From Phyllobates terribilis (lineage: Eukaryota): 64,000 nucleotides of DNA. Below the pieces are notes generated by a model, which worked only from the letters and a program-made list of their open reading frames with translations, was not told where the DNA came from and searched no databases. The stretch is taken from the NCBI RefSeq assembly GCF_046119375.1, contig NW_027362762.1, forward strand, positions 494,512,001 to 494,576,000. The letters run 5' to 3'. Of the stretch, positions 50,573 through 62,605 are shown piece by piece. How positions within the stretch are numbered: position 1 is the first letter of the stretch; each line of letters begins with the position of its first letter. Position numbers and translations under genes: made by a program.

Positions 50573-52689
50573 CTACCTCAGAAATATTTCTGCAGGCATA
50601 TTATTTATATAGAAGCCTCCTGACGCTACCCCCAAAGGTAATTAGATGAGAGGAGGATGAGGTATATTTTCATGCAATGCCTGATCCTTTTATTCTCAAG
50701 TATGGTGAAGAAGGCATGAACATTGGCAGCAAGCCATATCAGCCACCAGCTACATATCATATTACTTTGCTTATTTCTTTTCTAATCTCAAGATAGGGGA
50801 AAATGAGACTAAATTGTATAGACTTTACCTCTACCATGCTGGAATTTTCAGATCCCAATGTACTTTTATTATTTCACAGAACAGTAATAACAAGCAAGAC
50901 AAGATGTACTTTATGGTAGGTTCACAGACTTTGAGCTGAGAAAGTTATGTACTTTCATGAATTTTATTCTAATGGATTAAAATAGAGCCAGCTAAATTAC
51001 TGGGCAGAACTCCTGCAGGTCAATGCATCCTCTGTAACCCACATACCAGCAGGTAGCAAGAGAGAACATTTCCTGCACAAAATTTCCCTATTAATGGAAA
51101 GTATTTCTCTCTATCACATTTCAAAACTCAATTCAGTTCACCCATTCTATAGAATAATCTGCAAAAGGTCAGACGTATAACAATTTCATAGAGCTGCTTT
51201 ATGAGTTGGTGGTGGTGGGATTTTAATGATGCTTATTATATGTTCTAACTGTGTTGTCATCCTAGGTCAAAGCAGCATTTTACTACTTAGAGTTAGGGAA
51301 TGCATGATACATTGAATATAAAGAGTACGAGATTGATCTTTTCTGATTTACTGTGAATTGCGGTGGCGAGAAAAACATTCTTCCTGATGATATTAAACGA
51401 AACTGGATGCTTTAGAAGAGCTGTAATACTCTGGGAATACAAGAACATAGTGGAATGCAGAATGTTGTATATTCTCCTTACAGGATGGTAAAAACATGGC
51501 CTCTTACTTCTAGAAACTGTGCTACACCAGTCCTAAGGTGTCAGGTATTATAGTTCAGCTCCATCAAAATGAATGGGACTAGTGGTCCCATTTTCTGAAA
51601 TAATGCAGCCATATTTTTCAAATATTTTACAATTGATAAACTAACCATGTGATCTATTGCATTGGTAATAGACTCTAAGGCTATGTTCTCAACTATTGTA
51701 TTTAATATTACATGTATTTAGTAGAGGTTTTGGTGGCAAAAATCTGAGCCTGGCATTGTGATGGCTTTGCAGTTTGAACTGCCACAAATGTGCACGAGGA
51801 ATAGCCTCATTCTCATTCAATGGTGCAAATTCTTGGGTTTTTTGTAAGGATTCTGCAGAAATAAGTTGTATGCTATTTGCTTCCATGTTCATTTTTTGGA
51901 GTACAGAGGTATTAGCACCGAAATATTTATGAAGTCCTAAATATGTAAGCAGGGTCTTAAATAATATTTATTAGTAGTGCCAGTTGTTTAGTTTTTTCTT
52001 TCATATCTTTTAGTGGTTAATCTCCTAAGGGCTTTGTGGTAATTGCTACTTTCAGTATTATAATATAAGACATCACTTTATGAACTTGTCTAACACACTA
52101 TTAGGACACCTATTAATAATTTATGTAACAGTATAATAAAATTATTAAGGCGAGTCTATCAGTTAAAAAGATGGAATTTAAGGAGTTAAAAGTCAAAAAT
52201 ATTTCCAACAAAAGTAGTGCTATAAGTTTTAGTTGGTATGCCAATGGACCAATTCCTACCACATGTCCTTCTATTTGGTGTTTATACTCAGGATCACATG
52301 AGTTTTTATAGGGAGAGTCGTAGGTGCAGTTTTTTAAGCCTTCGGCTCAATCTTAAGACAGGGTGACTTGATGGGTGAACAATCTGTAGGAAGATTGATC
52401 TTGTGCAAACCTAGATAGGTCCACCAGGGTCTTTTCCTCTGTTATCTTGATATTATTAAACCATTGGATTGCTTGTCTTCGTCTTTGCCTTGTTCCTTTT
52501 AATCTTCTCTTCTGACCATGATGTCCTTCTCCAGTGATTATTGTCTTCGTGTTTACATGTGCCTAACTTAAAATTCAATCCTGGTAGATCACCAATTTTT
52601 AAAATGAGAGTTCTTAGAAACAAAAGTTTGTGTTGATACATTTTTATCAGCTCCCCCAACTCTTATTCCCAACTTATACACTAAATATG

Positions 52690-53929
52690 AAACCAAAATT
52701 TTGGAGAAAATTAAACTTATTGCTTTTCAATGTAATCCTCCTTGACTTCAACATACTTATTCCACCTCACCATCCATGATTGGATGCCCTCAGAATAGAA
52801 GGAGACTTCTTGCTGCCGCAAGAACCCTGTTAATGCCTCTTTGACTGCATTATCATCAGGAAATCGTTGCCCATGCAGAAATTTCTTTAGGTTCCGAAAT
52901 AAAACATAAAATCTATGAGCCATGTATGGACTGTAAGGAGAATGGCTAACCTTAATGAAGCCACATTCCCTGATTGAAGCTTGTGATTTGTTAGGCTTGT
53001 GAGCTGGTACATTGGTGTGAAGCAGCAACACACCTACCAACAACTTCCCATGGCATTTTTATTTTATTGCCTCACATAATGCCTTCATTGTTGAAGCAAA
53101 GGTGTTTCCAGTAAATGTTGTTTTGTGCTGCATGAATTCTAGTAATGAAACACCTTTTACATCCCAAAAAATAGTTATCATCATCTTCTCAGCTGACTGC
53201 TGGGCAAGAAATTTCTTTGAGTTGATGACCCCTTGTTTTTTTGTCTCATGGACTCTTGTTTGGTCTTATGATGGTGGACCCTTGTTTTACCACCTGTAAT
53301 AATGTGAGAATAGAAGTCTCCTGAGTTTCCTCTAAGCATATCTAAATTCTCTTGGCTGAATTGCTGGCGACATGTTATTTTACTGAGGTGTCATTTGTGG
53401 TACCCACCAGAAACTGGCCTTTGACATCATAATAACATCATGAATGATATCTTGAAACCATGCCAACTGAAATGGTTAATTCATGAGATATAATATCCGA
53501 CGATCTTCCTAAATCATGGCCTCCACTTTATGACACATTTTCTCATAAGATGCTTTGACAGGTCTCCATGAATGGAGGTCATCTTAAAATAATTCCCTAC
53601 CTATTTAAAATGCTTGGCCCAAAACTTTATTTGATAATAGGAAGATGCATCATCACAATTTGCAGCAATCATTATTTCATGGATTTCTTTAGGCTTCTTT
53701 TCTTCCTTTGTAAGGAATATGATTATGGAATGAACCTCTAAATCCCTCATTATCTTAGTATAGTCGCACTGTACTGCACTTGCCATCCTGTCACTCCCAA
53801 TGCTTTAATCAGACTGAACTTCTACTGCGTTTGCTGCATGTCCAGACATGTCTCATAATGCACAGAAAAGCTCAGCTCTCTAACCCTGACCGAACATGCT
53901 GGTGTAGATAACTTATTAAACATCTCTCA
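52690..53929 (-). mobile_element. Mariner (DD34D-type) element, degraded
   Basis: N-terminus ...HSIIIFLTKEEKKPKEIHE...SYYQIKFWAKHFK; C-terminus LLHTNVPAH...SHSPYSPYMAH...LKKFLHGQRF...DYIEK; TIR-like TATGAGAGATGTTTAATAAGTT at ~53929. The other end is unclear. Confidence 0.85.
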
Positions 53930-54074
53930 TATAATACTGCTATTGTCATTTGGCAGAGTATATTTCCTCTCATCTACTCATGTAACAGGGGACTTTTTGC
54001 CTACATCAGATATCAGGGTCCATGTGTTATTGCATTCATTATACCCCTATATTTTAAAGAATGGTAGTAGCTGG

Positions 54075-54593
54075 TGTGACAAAGTCACTGGCAAAGTGCT
54101 GGAGGGGAGATATCTTTCCCTGAGGCTGTTAGCCTCAGTGAACTAAAACCATTAAGTTTCCTCCAGCATGTTATTTGTTGAGAGGGGTTAAGTTCATTTG
54201 TAAAAGGGAGTGTTTTTTGTGAATGGCCTTTGTGATGGTGGGAGGTCATTCACCATATCTCCACCTCATGGTGTGGTCTGAGGGAGTTTAAATACTCGGC
54301 CAGCTGAGGCATTCAGAGGTCAGTGTCTGGAAGAAGCACACTCCAGAGAAGAGCTTTTGTGTGGGTTCAGTGCTAATGTGAACCCTGTGTTTGCTGGACT
54401 CTGAGCGGGTGGATTCCCGCTACCACAAGGACTGTGTTTGGTATCACGATTTTGTTTTGTTTTCCTGTTTTTGCCCAAAGGGACATGTTTGTTTTACTTC
54501 CCATGGTTTATGCTGCCTAATAAATCTGGAAGAATTTAAATTGCAGTGTTCCTGAATACCTCTATGTGCAACCAAGTGAGCCGATCTACCACA
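54075..54593 (+). mobile_element. Solo LTR (Gypsy-type)
   Basis: TGTGAC...ACCACA termini, perfect 4-bp TSD CTGG (54071-74, 54594-97), TTTAAATA TATA-like box and AATAAA near the 3' end. Confidence 0.8.
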
Positions 54594-54690
54594 CTGGTCA
54601 TGGAGATACCAGACACACTGAAGTTTAGAAGATGAGCAAGTTTCAAATGGCTGAAAAGAGAGCTGTCAGTTTAAACATGCAGTCCGATAT

Positions 54691-54963
54691 GGCAGCACGG
54701 TGGCTCAGTGGTTAGCACTGCAGCCTTGCAGTGCTGAGGTTCTGGGTTCAAATCCCATCAAGGACAACATCTGGATGGAGTTTATATGTTCTCCCCATGT
54801 TTGTATGGGTTTCCTCTGGGTTCTCCAGTTTCCTCTCACACTCCAAAGACATACTGATAGGGAATGTAGATTGTGAGTCCAAATGGGGACAGTGCCGATA
54901 ATGTCTGTGAATTGTAAAGCACTACGGAATATGTTGGCGCTATATGAATCACAAGATTATTAT
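54691..54963 (+). mobile_element. tRNA-derived SINE with L2-type tail
   Basis: A box TGGCTCAGTGG, B box GGTTCAAATCC, central conserved block, 3' GTAGATTGTGAG...TGTAAAGCAC..GGAATATGTTGGCGCTATA...ATTATTAT. Confidence 0.85.
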
Positions 54964-55065
54964 CATCTGTGGGCAGAAAGGTATATAGTATGAGAAGCTG
55001 CACAGATTGATTTATAGCTTTGTGGAATACAATTCCATGATTTCTAATTTTTTCATTTTAATTTA

Positions 55066-56833
55066 CCGTATTTTTCAGACTATAAGATGCACCGGAACAT
55101 AAGACGCACCTAGGTTTTAGAGGAGGAAAATAAAAAAATAAAAATTTAAGCAAAAAATGTGGTCATGATGCACTTTCAAGGGGGAGGGGGTCTTCTGCTG
55201 ACAATGGTATAGGGGTAATGTCCCCCAATTCTGACAATATCCCCAATCCTGGTACATATTCCGCCCCCCTTCCTTTTATATATGGTTCCCATCCCCATCC
55301 TGGTATGCCTGGCATCCCTCCATCCTGATATGCATGGCACCCCTCATCCTTATTCTGGTATGCATGGCATCCCTCATGCCTATCCTGGTATGCATGGCTC
55401 CCTCATCCTTATCCTGGTATGCATGACACCCCTCATCCACAATCCTGGTATGCATGGCACCCATAATCCCTGTCCCGGTATGCATGGCACCCCTCATCCC
55501 TGTCCTGGTATGCATGGCACCCCTCATCCCTGTCCTGGTATGCATGGCACCTCTAATCCCTGTCCTGGTATGCATGGCACTCCTAATCCCTGTCCTGGTA
55601 TGCATGACACCCCTCATCCCTGTCCTGGTATGCATGGCACCCCTAATCCCTATCCTGGTATGCATGGCACTCCTAATCCCTGTCATGGTATGCAAGCAAC
55701 CCTAATCCCTATCCTGGTATGCATGGCACCCCTAATCCCTGTCCTGGTATGCATGACACCCCTCATCCCTGTCCTGGTATGCATGGCACCCCTAATCCCT
55801 ATCCTGGTATGCATGGCACTCCTAATCCCTGTCCTGGTATGCAAGCAACCCTAATCCCTATCCTGGTTTGCATGGCACCCCTAATCCCTGTCCTGGTATG
55901 CATGGCACCCCTAATCCCTGTCCTGGTATGCATAGCACCCCTCATCCCTGTCCTGGTATGCAGGCACCCCTAATCCCTATCCTGGTATGCATGGCACCCC
56001 TCATCCCTGTCCTGGTATGCATGGCACCCCTAAACACTGTCCTGATATGCTTGGCACCCCTAATCCCTGTCCTGGTATGCTTGGCTCCCCTAATCCCTGT
56101 CCTGTTATGCATGGCACCCCTAATCCCTGTTCTAGTATGCATAGTACCCCTAATCCTCATCAGGCTGCACATTAAAAAAAAATAAACACTCATGCTCACC
56201 TCTCTTCTCTCCTCCAGCGCTGCGTCCGGTCTGTCTGCACTGATCTCTCCATGTGAGCCGCGCATGACGTCACTGCCATGCGCGGCTCACATGGAGAGAT
56301 CAGCTGCCGGAAGTCACTGCTCCCCACGCCGGGTCTGTGTGCGCAGGGAGCAGTGACTTCATTCTCCCTCATAGCCGACACACAGGGGAGCCGCACTGCG
56401 GCTGCTGCTGCCGGCTATCTCCTGTGCTCGCTCATTAAAGGGCATGAATAATCACCCCCTCCCCACGCCCATGGGCGTGGAGAGAGGTTGAATATTCATG
56501 CCCTTTAACAGCGGGCACAGGAGATAGCCGACAGCAGCAGTAGCCGCAGCGCGGCTACACTGTATACCGCTATTAAGGAGCATGAATATTCAGTGCTCCC
56601 CACACCCCATGGGCGTGGGGAGCAATGAATATTCATTTTCTTTTGCAGCGGAGACAGTGTTGGCTGCAGCAGGCGGCTTCTGCTTCCTGTGCCCCGCTCC
56701 TCCACCGATACCACTCCCCCCACACCCCACATTAATATACACCCCCCCCAACATTCAGACTATGAGACGCACCCCCCATTTTCCTCCAAAATTTTGGAGG
56801 AAAAAAGTGCGTCTTATGGTCCGAAAAATACAA
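55066..56833. mobile_element. Tc2/pogo-like non-autonomous element carrying a 30-bp minisatellite
   Basis: TA|CCGTATTTTTCAGACTATAAGATGCAC ... GTGCGTCTTATGGTCCGAAAAATACAA|TA; subterminal ATAAGACGCAC repeats. Confidence 0.8.
55290..56160. repeat. 30-bp minisatellite (~29 units, some 29 bp)
   Basis: Unit GTCCTGGTATGCATGGCACCCCT(A/C)ATCCCT. Confidence 0.95.
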
Positions 56834-57846
56834 TATGTTCATTTTAGGTTTAGGAGCCCATAAGGTGGTCCAAATCGGTGATTGCCAACTAGTTAAAAAA
56901 ATAAAATGAAAAGATTACAAATTCTTCTGAAACTTTTTCCACATGCCTAAATATTACTCTTCTCAGCTATTTGTGCTCTAAAACCTGTCATATCAGTTTG
57001 CATGTATAACATGACAGGTTACCTTTAAAAACTGGAAAACTCAGTAAGAATTTAAGCAAAGTATCTCTTTACACAATGCTGTAATCTTTTACAGCTGAGT
57101 TCTAAAGTGATGAAATATTGTAGTCTTTTTGACATCTATGGACAAAGTAACATTTTCTACTAATTAACAAAAGTATAATATTTTAAGCAAAGCTCATATT
57201 AATGATAAATGTTCTATGTTTTTTTTAGGAAGTCACAAGTCACAGTGGAAAAGAAATTCAGTCTCTTAGAACTGTATATATTAAAAAGTACTCAATCATA
57301 CCTGATTAAAACGAGATGCCTCAGCAACCTCACATTACTATAATAATGATAAATAATGAAATGTCTACACGTTTCTTGGTTATATATTTTGGCATCACAG
57401 AAGCATGGCAGATTTTTACAGCTGAGCTGCTATGACCTCCAGTGAATTCTTCCTCTGTAACTCATTCACAAACTATTACCTTCAAATGAATTTACATGGC
57501 AACTTCATGCCGAGATTTGTAGAAAACCAGGCCTATCAACACTTGTACACGTAGACTATATCTCCATGTGTTTAGATGCTCAGCTTCAGCCTCGAAGGTA
57601 TTGCAAAGTAAATCCAGTCTATTTAAGGGATATATCCTATTTATTTTCCATCTCTGATATTATTCCTTTGGGTGAGAATATAAGTACAGTAACAGCTTCT
57701 GCGTTAAGTCTGCTTTCTCTAATGCTTTATTCTCACTCCTGCATTTGTAGCCAACCATGAAGTCAGAAGACATTTTTAATACATTGGGTACATCATAAAC
57801 TTCTTTCAGGTAGAGTTTCAGGTTGAGGTTTATTTCACACCATGAC

Positions 57847-58095
57847 TAGAGATGAGCGATCTTAACTGTAAAGTTTGGGGTTCATACTGAGCACCTACTG
57901 TGTCCGGGGCAGAATTCCCTAACACGGACTTCTCTTTGAAGTCTGTTTTAGTGTTCAGAATTCGGATGGAGAGAGACCTTTTACAGCACCAAAGTTTGGG
58001 TCCCCATTGACTTATATTGGGCTCAGTTTCAAGTTCAAGTAGAGTTCTGGTGCCCAAACCAAACTTTGGACTGAAAGACTTGTTCATTATAGAGC
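57847..58095. mobile_element. Partial hAT MITE (3962-4247 family, opposite orientation)
   Basis: TAGAGATGAGCGATC left end and GGGTCCCCATTGACTT core; right TIR missing. Confidence 0.6.
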
Positions 58096-58612
58096 CTAAT
58101 TTAGTTATGATAGGAGCTGGTGTGGCTGCAGCACAGAGGAGAGTCATCCCAACCATGAGGTTCCAATGCAAACAAAATCACATGGCAATTGACTATCACG
58201 ATGGGTGGAATTTCAGCTAAAGGTGGACAGCCACACCAGCTAGCTCTACCATTATACTAAATAAAAATAAGGGTTATTCTAAAGTGGTTATCTAAGATTG
58301 AAAAAGTGGTCTGCTAGTTTTCCAGATACTGCCCTACTCTTGTATATGTTTTTTTTTACTGGTATTGCAGTATAAATCGATTAAATTGAATAGGCCTGAA
58401 CTGCAGACCAGAAAAAGACAAAGCCACCGCTCATAGATGGGAGTGGCGCTGTTTCTGAAAGAAAAATAATTGATTTAGCCTAATACAATCTCCTTGATCA
58501 TTAATTGCTCTTTCTCCCTCACACCCAATACTCCTTCTCTATGTACATGCATTTTATAGTCTCAAAAAAATGGAGGGTTTACCATAACAAGATTCAATTA
58601 GTCATAATCAGG

Positions 58613-59209
58613 TAGGGATGATCAAATCTGCCGAAAAATTTAATTCAGTAGATTCACTGGAATTAGGCCTATAAATTCGACTTACATCAAATGTACACCA
58701 TTTCTCGTAATGTCATGACGTTGCATAGTCAATGACTATGACTTACATGTCAAAAGACCATAACTCACATGTCGCATGACTAGGCCTCACATGGCGCATG
58801 ACTATGACTCACATGTCGCATGATTATGACTCACATGTCGCATGACTATGACTCACATGTCGCATGACTATGACTCACATGTCGCGTGGCTAGGCCGCAC
58901 ATGATACCATGACTATGACTCATATGTCACATGACTAGGCCACACATGATGCCATGACTAGGCCTCACTTGATGTCATGAGGACAAGTTAGTGGTAGAGG
59001 CACTGAAGAGTCCTGAAAGATGACTGGAGTCAGAGGGAGCTGTATGGTAGGACAGGAGATTGCTGAAAAGTATTTTTTTTACCCTTTATTGACCCTAAAT
59101 AATAGCCTACCGACTACAATGTTACTGGATTTGTGCAATGCAAATGCAAACTTTTTTTGCGCAACTATATTTCAATTTGATTTGTTTCAATAGGATTCAC
59201 TCATCTCTA
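58613..59209. mobile_element. hAT-type MITE with 22-bp minisatellite
   Basis: TAGGGATGATC / TTCACTCATCTCTA termini; degenerate TSD TAATCAGG / ATATCAAG; CATGACTATGACTCACATGTCG x~11 at 58735-58980. Confidence 0.7.
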
Positions 59210-59311
59210 ATATCAAGAGAATTTTAGGAAATAGAAGCAAGAATATGCTAATACTTACTGATCTAGTGGCATAATGACTTTTATGTTATATATCCTCATA
59301 CATACTCCTAA

Positions 59312-59747
59312 GGCCCCATTCAGACATCCATGAATTTTCATATACACGAGAGTGTCATTAGTGTTTTTGACACAATTTTCATCAGTGTTAGGTCAGTGTT
59401 TCAGTTTTTACGATCAGTATTTCATCAGTGAATTTCACTGATGAAAAGATAAATAGTTACAAAACTTCTCCTATTCATTGCAATGTTAATTCCGGACAGC
59501 ATACGGACTGTTCACTGATGCCATCCATCTACAGTCCATTATTTTCACGGAGCCCTAGACTTGTATGAGCGATTTTCATCCATGACATTGATAAAAAATA
59601 GACATTACTCCATGATTTTTTGCAATCACATGGTCTACGAAAAAACACGAACATGTGAATAGCTGCATAGAGTATAATGGGTATGTGTTCTACCATGAAA
59701 ACCACGAATAGAACACGTGCGTGAAAAACAGATTTCTAGATGAGGTC
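59312..59747. mobile_element. PIF/Harbinger-type MITE
   Basis: TAA|GGCCCCATTCAGAC ... TAGATGAGGTC|TTA; 3-bp TWA target. Confidence 0.55.
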
Positions 59748-60165
59748 TTAAAAAGGGTATTTCCTTCTTAGTGAGTGGTAACATATATCTAGAAAATGCT
59801 GTCATCCTTAATCACTGTGGGACTTACCACTAGCAGCCCCCACTGATTATGATAAAGAGGGTGTCCCCTTTAATGTTTTTCCCTCCCAAGCACCCGGCTG
59901 TACAGTAACCTACAGATTGCACCATTCACTAGAATGGAACCTAGCTGCCACTGGTGGCAGAGACATCCTATTTACATATAAATTACCATAAGGGGACATA
60001 GTGCTAAAGCACGGTTATGGTTTCTTCAGTCTCAGTATACATGGGGTCCCAGAGGCCGGACCCTCAGTGATCATTGAGTGATAACATAAAGTCAAATAAG
60101 GGATGCATCATCATAAATTGAGGTTCAATCAATCGCCATAATTACAGTTATTAATGTTCTGGTGC

Positions 60166-60169
<4 letters not shown>

Positions 60170-60222
<53 letters not shown>
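60170..60222. repeat. (TA)n microsatellite
   Basis: About 26 uninterrupted TA units. Confidence 0.98.
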
Positions 60223-60227
<5 letters not shown>

Positions 60228-61235
60228 CTGTATGTGCATAGCCCAGACCTGTAAAGAATGTTCCTTTATTTGGTGCTTTGTAGAGAAAATTATATGGTTT
60301 GCAATGAATATACATGATCAATAAGGGGAAAGAAGTGTAAATGAGCATGATATTATCTTCGACTCTTTGGGAACCTGTTAGAATTATTTTTCTACTAAAA
60401 TTATTGGTATAGCTGTATACATTTTAGTACTACAATACAAATGATACCTGTCTTGTAGTACTTAGATGTGCCAAGGCTTAGAAATCAAGCTCTAAAAACA
60501 TATGCAAACTAACCTGAAGGGGCTTTGGGGGCATGTCTCTGCACTCAGAGTATTATGCACACAGTATGGCAACCAAATGATCATAACTGGCTTGTTATAT
60601 GTTCGATCAACACTTCTGATAAAGAACGTTTGTAATAAATTCAGTTTTATAGGTGCACACATGTCTATTTTAGTGCTGTTCAAGTGGAGTTACTTTAATT
60701 AATTAATTCTCTTTGTATACTACACTTAAAACTGTTTTTATTAACAAATGCCAGAATGATGTTATTTCTCCTGGGCATTGGTCCAATGTATTCAGCAAAT
60801 TGAACCTCAGGATTTCTTTTGTCTTTCTGAGCCGATGCCACGAGCTTATAGATATGGTCCAATATACAAAATGAGGGTCACGCCTTATGCAATCTATTCT
60901 GAGTGTTCTGAATCTACCAATATCAAATCATAAATTGCAATATGCATTTATTCTTGGTACAGACTCTGTTTTTTTAGGTTTTCAGTAATGTCTAAATGTA
61001 CTGTAGTGTCCTTAACCAGAGGCGGCATGTTTTAAGAGAATAAAAGAATTGGCTTATGAGTCATGCAAATTTATTATCTACTTCATGAGACAACTCCCAT
61101 AAAACAACATATATTTTTGTCTTTTAATAAAAGTATTTGCAGATTAGTTGTTAGTTTTACTTTATATTTCTGCCCCACAGTCATTGTTTTGGATACTAAA
61201 AAAATTTCAATTAGTCAAACTGCACATCAAGTATA

Positions 61236-61629
61236 CAGTTGAAACCAGAAGTTTACATACACTATATAAAAAGACACATATGCATATTTTTCTCAATATC
61301 TGACGTGAAATCAGAAGAAACTTTTCCCATTTTAGGTCAATTAGGATTACCATAACTTTTAATATTTGCCAAATGCCAGAATAATGAGAGAGAGAATGTT
61401 TTAAGGCATTTTTATTACTTACTGCACAGTCAAAAGTTTACATACATTTCATTAGTATTTGGTACCATTGCCCTTAAACTGAATGACTTGGGTCAAACAT
61501 TTGGGATATCCTTCCACAAGCTTATCACTATAGATAGTCGGAATATGGGCCCAATTTCATTTTAGATATTGAGGAAAACATGCATATATGTCTTTTTATA
61601 TAGTGTATGTAAACTTCTGGCTTCAACTA
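61236..61629. mobile_element. Internally deleted Sleeping-Beauty-like Tc1 element
   Basis: TIR CAGTTGAAACCAGAAGTTTACATACACT at both ends (SB-family CAGTTGAAGTCGGAAGTTTACATACAC type), TA TSDs, only 394 bp. Confidence 0.85.
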
Positions 61630-61744
61630 TATGTCACATGGTCAAAAATGATTACAGAACTTTTTAGTGTTCTCCAAAATGTTAGCAACAAAGGGTAATT
61701 TATCTTGAAACATTAAGTACATTGGTTTTGTGATCACTGCATTC

Positions 61745-62133
61745 TGAGTCTTATATCCTTTGGATTACGATATCGGAGAGAGAGTGAGACACAGGGCAGG
61801 ATGTGTGTCAAACAAGCTCTAAACTTTATTACAAAGCATGGGTTTTATATCCACACTGAAGGCAGGAAACGGATTTACCATATATGGTTTGATTATATAA
61901 TTTTAGCACACAAAGACTAACTTCTATTCTTGTGCTTGTGTTGAAACATTCAATCGGACACATTGAATTAGACACATTAAATCAGATACATTCTGATGAC
62001 TGGCAAGGACGCATTATTGATTCAAGAAGGAACATTCATAGCTGGTGTTTTTTTTTTGACCTAAAGTAACTTTCAGACTTATATAGCATAGATGGGGCTT
62101 TTGACTTGAGGGGCCTCATCTTCTGCTATAACA
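61745..62133 (-). promoter_or_regulatory. ERV 3' LTR
   Basis: Starts TGTTATAGC directly after the PPT; contains TATAAAA followed ~13 nt later by AATAAA. The distal CA end is uncertain (61745 or ~61730). Confidence 0.75.
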
Positions 62134-62153
62134 TTCCATCCTTTTGTTCCTTC
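62134..62153 (-). other. Polypurine tract
   Basis: GAAGGAACAAAAGGATGGAA immediately 5' of the LTR TG. Confidence 0.75.
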
Positions 62154-62158
62154 ATTTA

Positions 62159-62605
62159 TCAATACGAATCTCTATGTTTTCTTTTAGTACAATGCTGAAT
62201 ACACATTAGAAAAAGCTTAAAAACCAAATAAACAAGACACATTAGTAAAACCTGAAAAATCGCTTGCACTATGCCAGCCAACCACCCACCGATACCTTTA
62301 AACCAATTAGCGGGATTTAGAAAGGAAAATCTCTGTGTGGAATTATTGGCCAAAGTATCTGAACAGTTCACCCAAAAGTTTATCTCTTCCCATGAGACTG
62401 GAACAGCGAGAAAGGGTATGCTAGTGGACGTCACAGGGGCATGTGTACATATCCAACAGTTAGCAATGGTCTGGTTTTGCTCTTTTAGTCCGATTAGAGC
62501 AAGATGGTGTCTAATGAATCTATTGTCATCTCCATCCATGGTGCCTAACGTAGTCCATGCTCCTGTGGTCGCAAGGATGCAGGTAAGTATAAACAATGTC
62601 ATCAT
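62159..62605 (-). CDS. env: Internally deleted, in-frame Env (148 aa): signal peptide + SU N-terminus + TM anchor + tail
   Basis: MMTLFILTCILATTGA (signal-like), CWIC at aa 50-53, sequons NQT, NCS, NNS and NST, then FSFLNPANWFKGIGGWLAG, a hydrophobic span and basic tail KRKHRDSY*. The ATG overlaps the pol stop (ATGA). Confidence 0.82.
   Translation of the reverse strand: MMTLFILTCILATTGAWTTLGTMDGDDNRFIRHHLALIGLKEQNQTIANCWICTHAPVTSTSIPFLAVPVSWEEINFWVNCSDTLANNSTQRFSFLNPANWFKGIGGWLAGIVQAIFQVLLMCLVYLVFKLFLMCIQHCTKRKHRDSY

Noticed and set aside
54691-54765. tRNA gene
   Set aside because: A and B boxes are present, but it continues into a SINE body and L2 tail and shows no complete cloverleaf.
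55276-56265. Repetitive ORFs (MHGTPHPCPG / MAPLIPVLVC)
   Set aside because: Translations of the 30-bp minisatellite in the Tc2-like element; frames switch at 29-bp units.
56982-57027. Small hairpin AACCTGTCAT...ATGACAGGTT as an ncRNA
   Set aside because: Matches T2/Kolobok TIR sequence next to TTAA; a collapsed MITE remnant.
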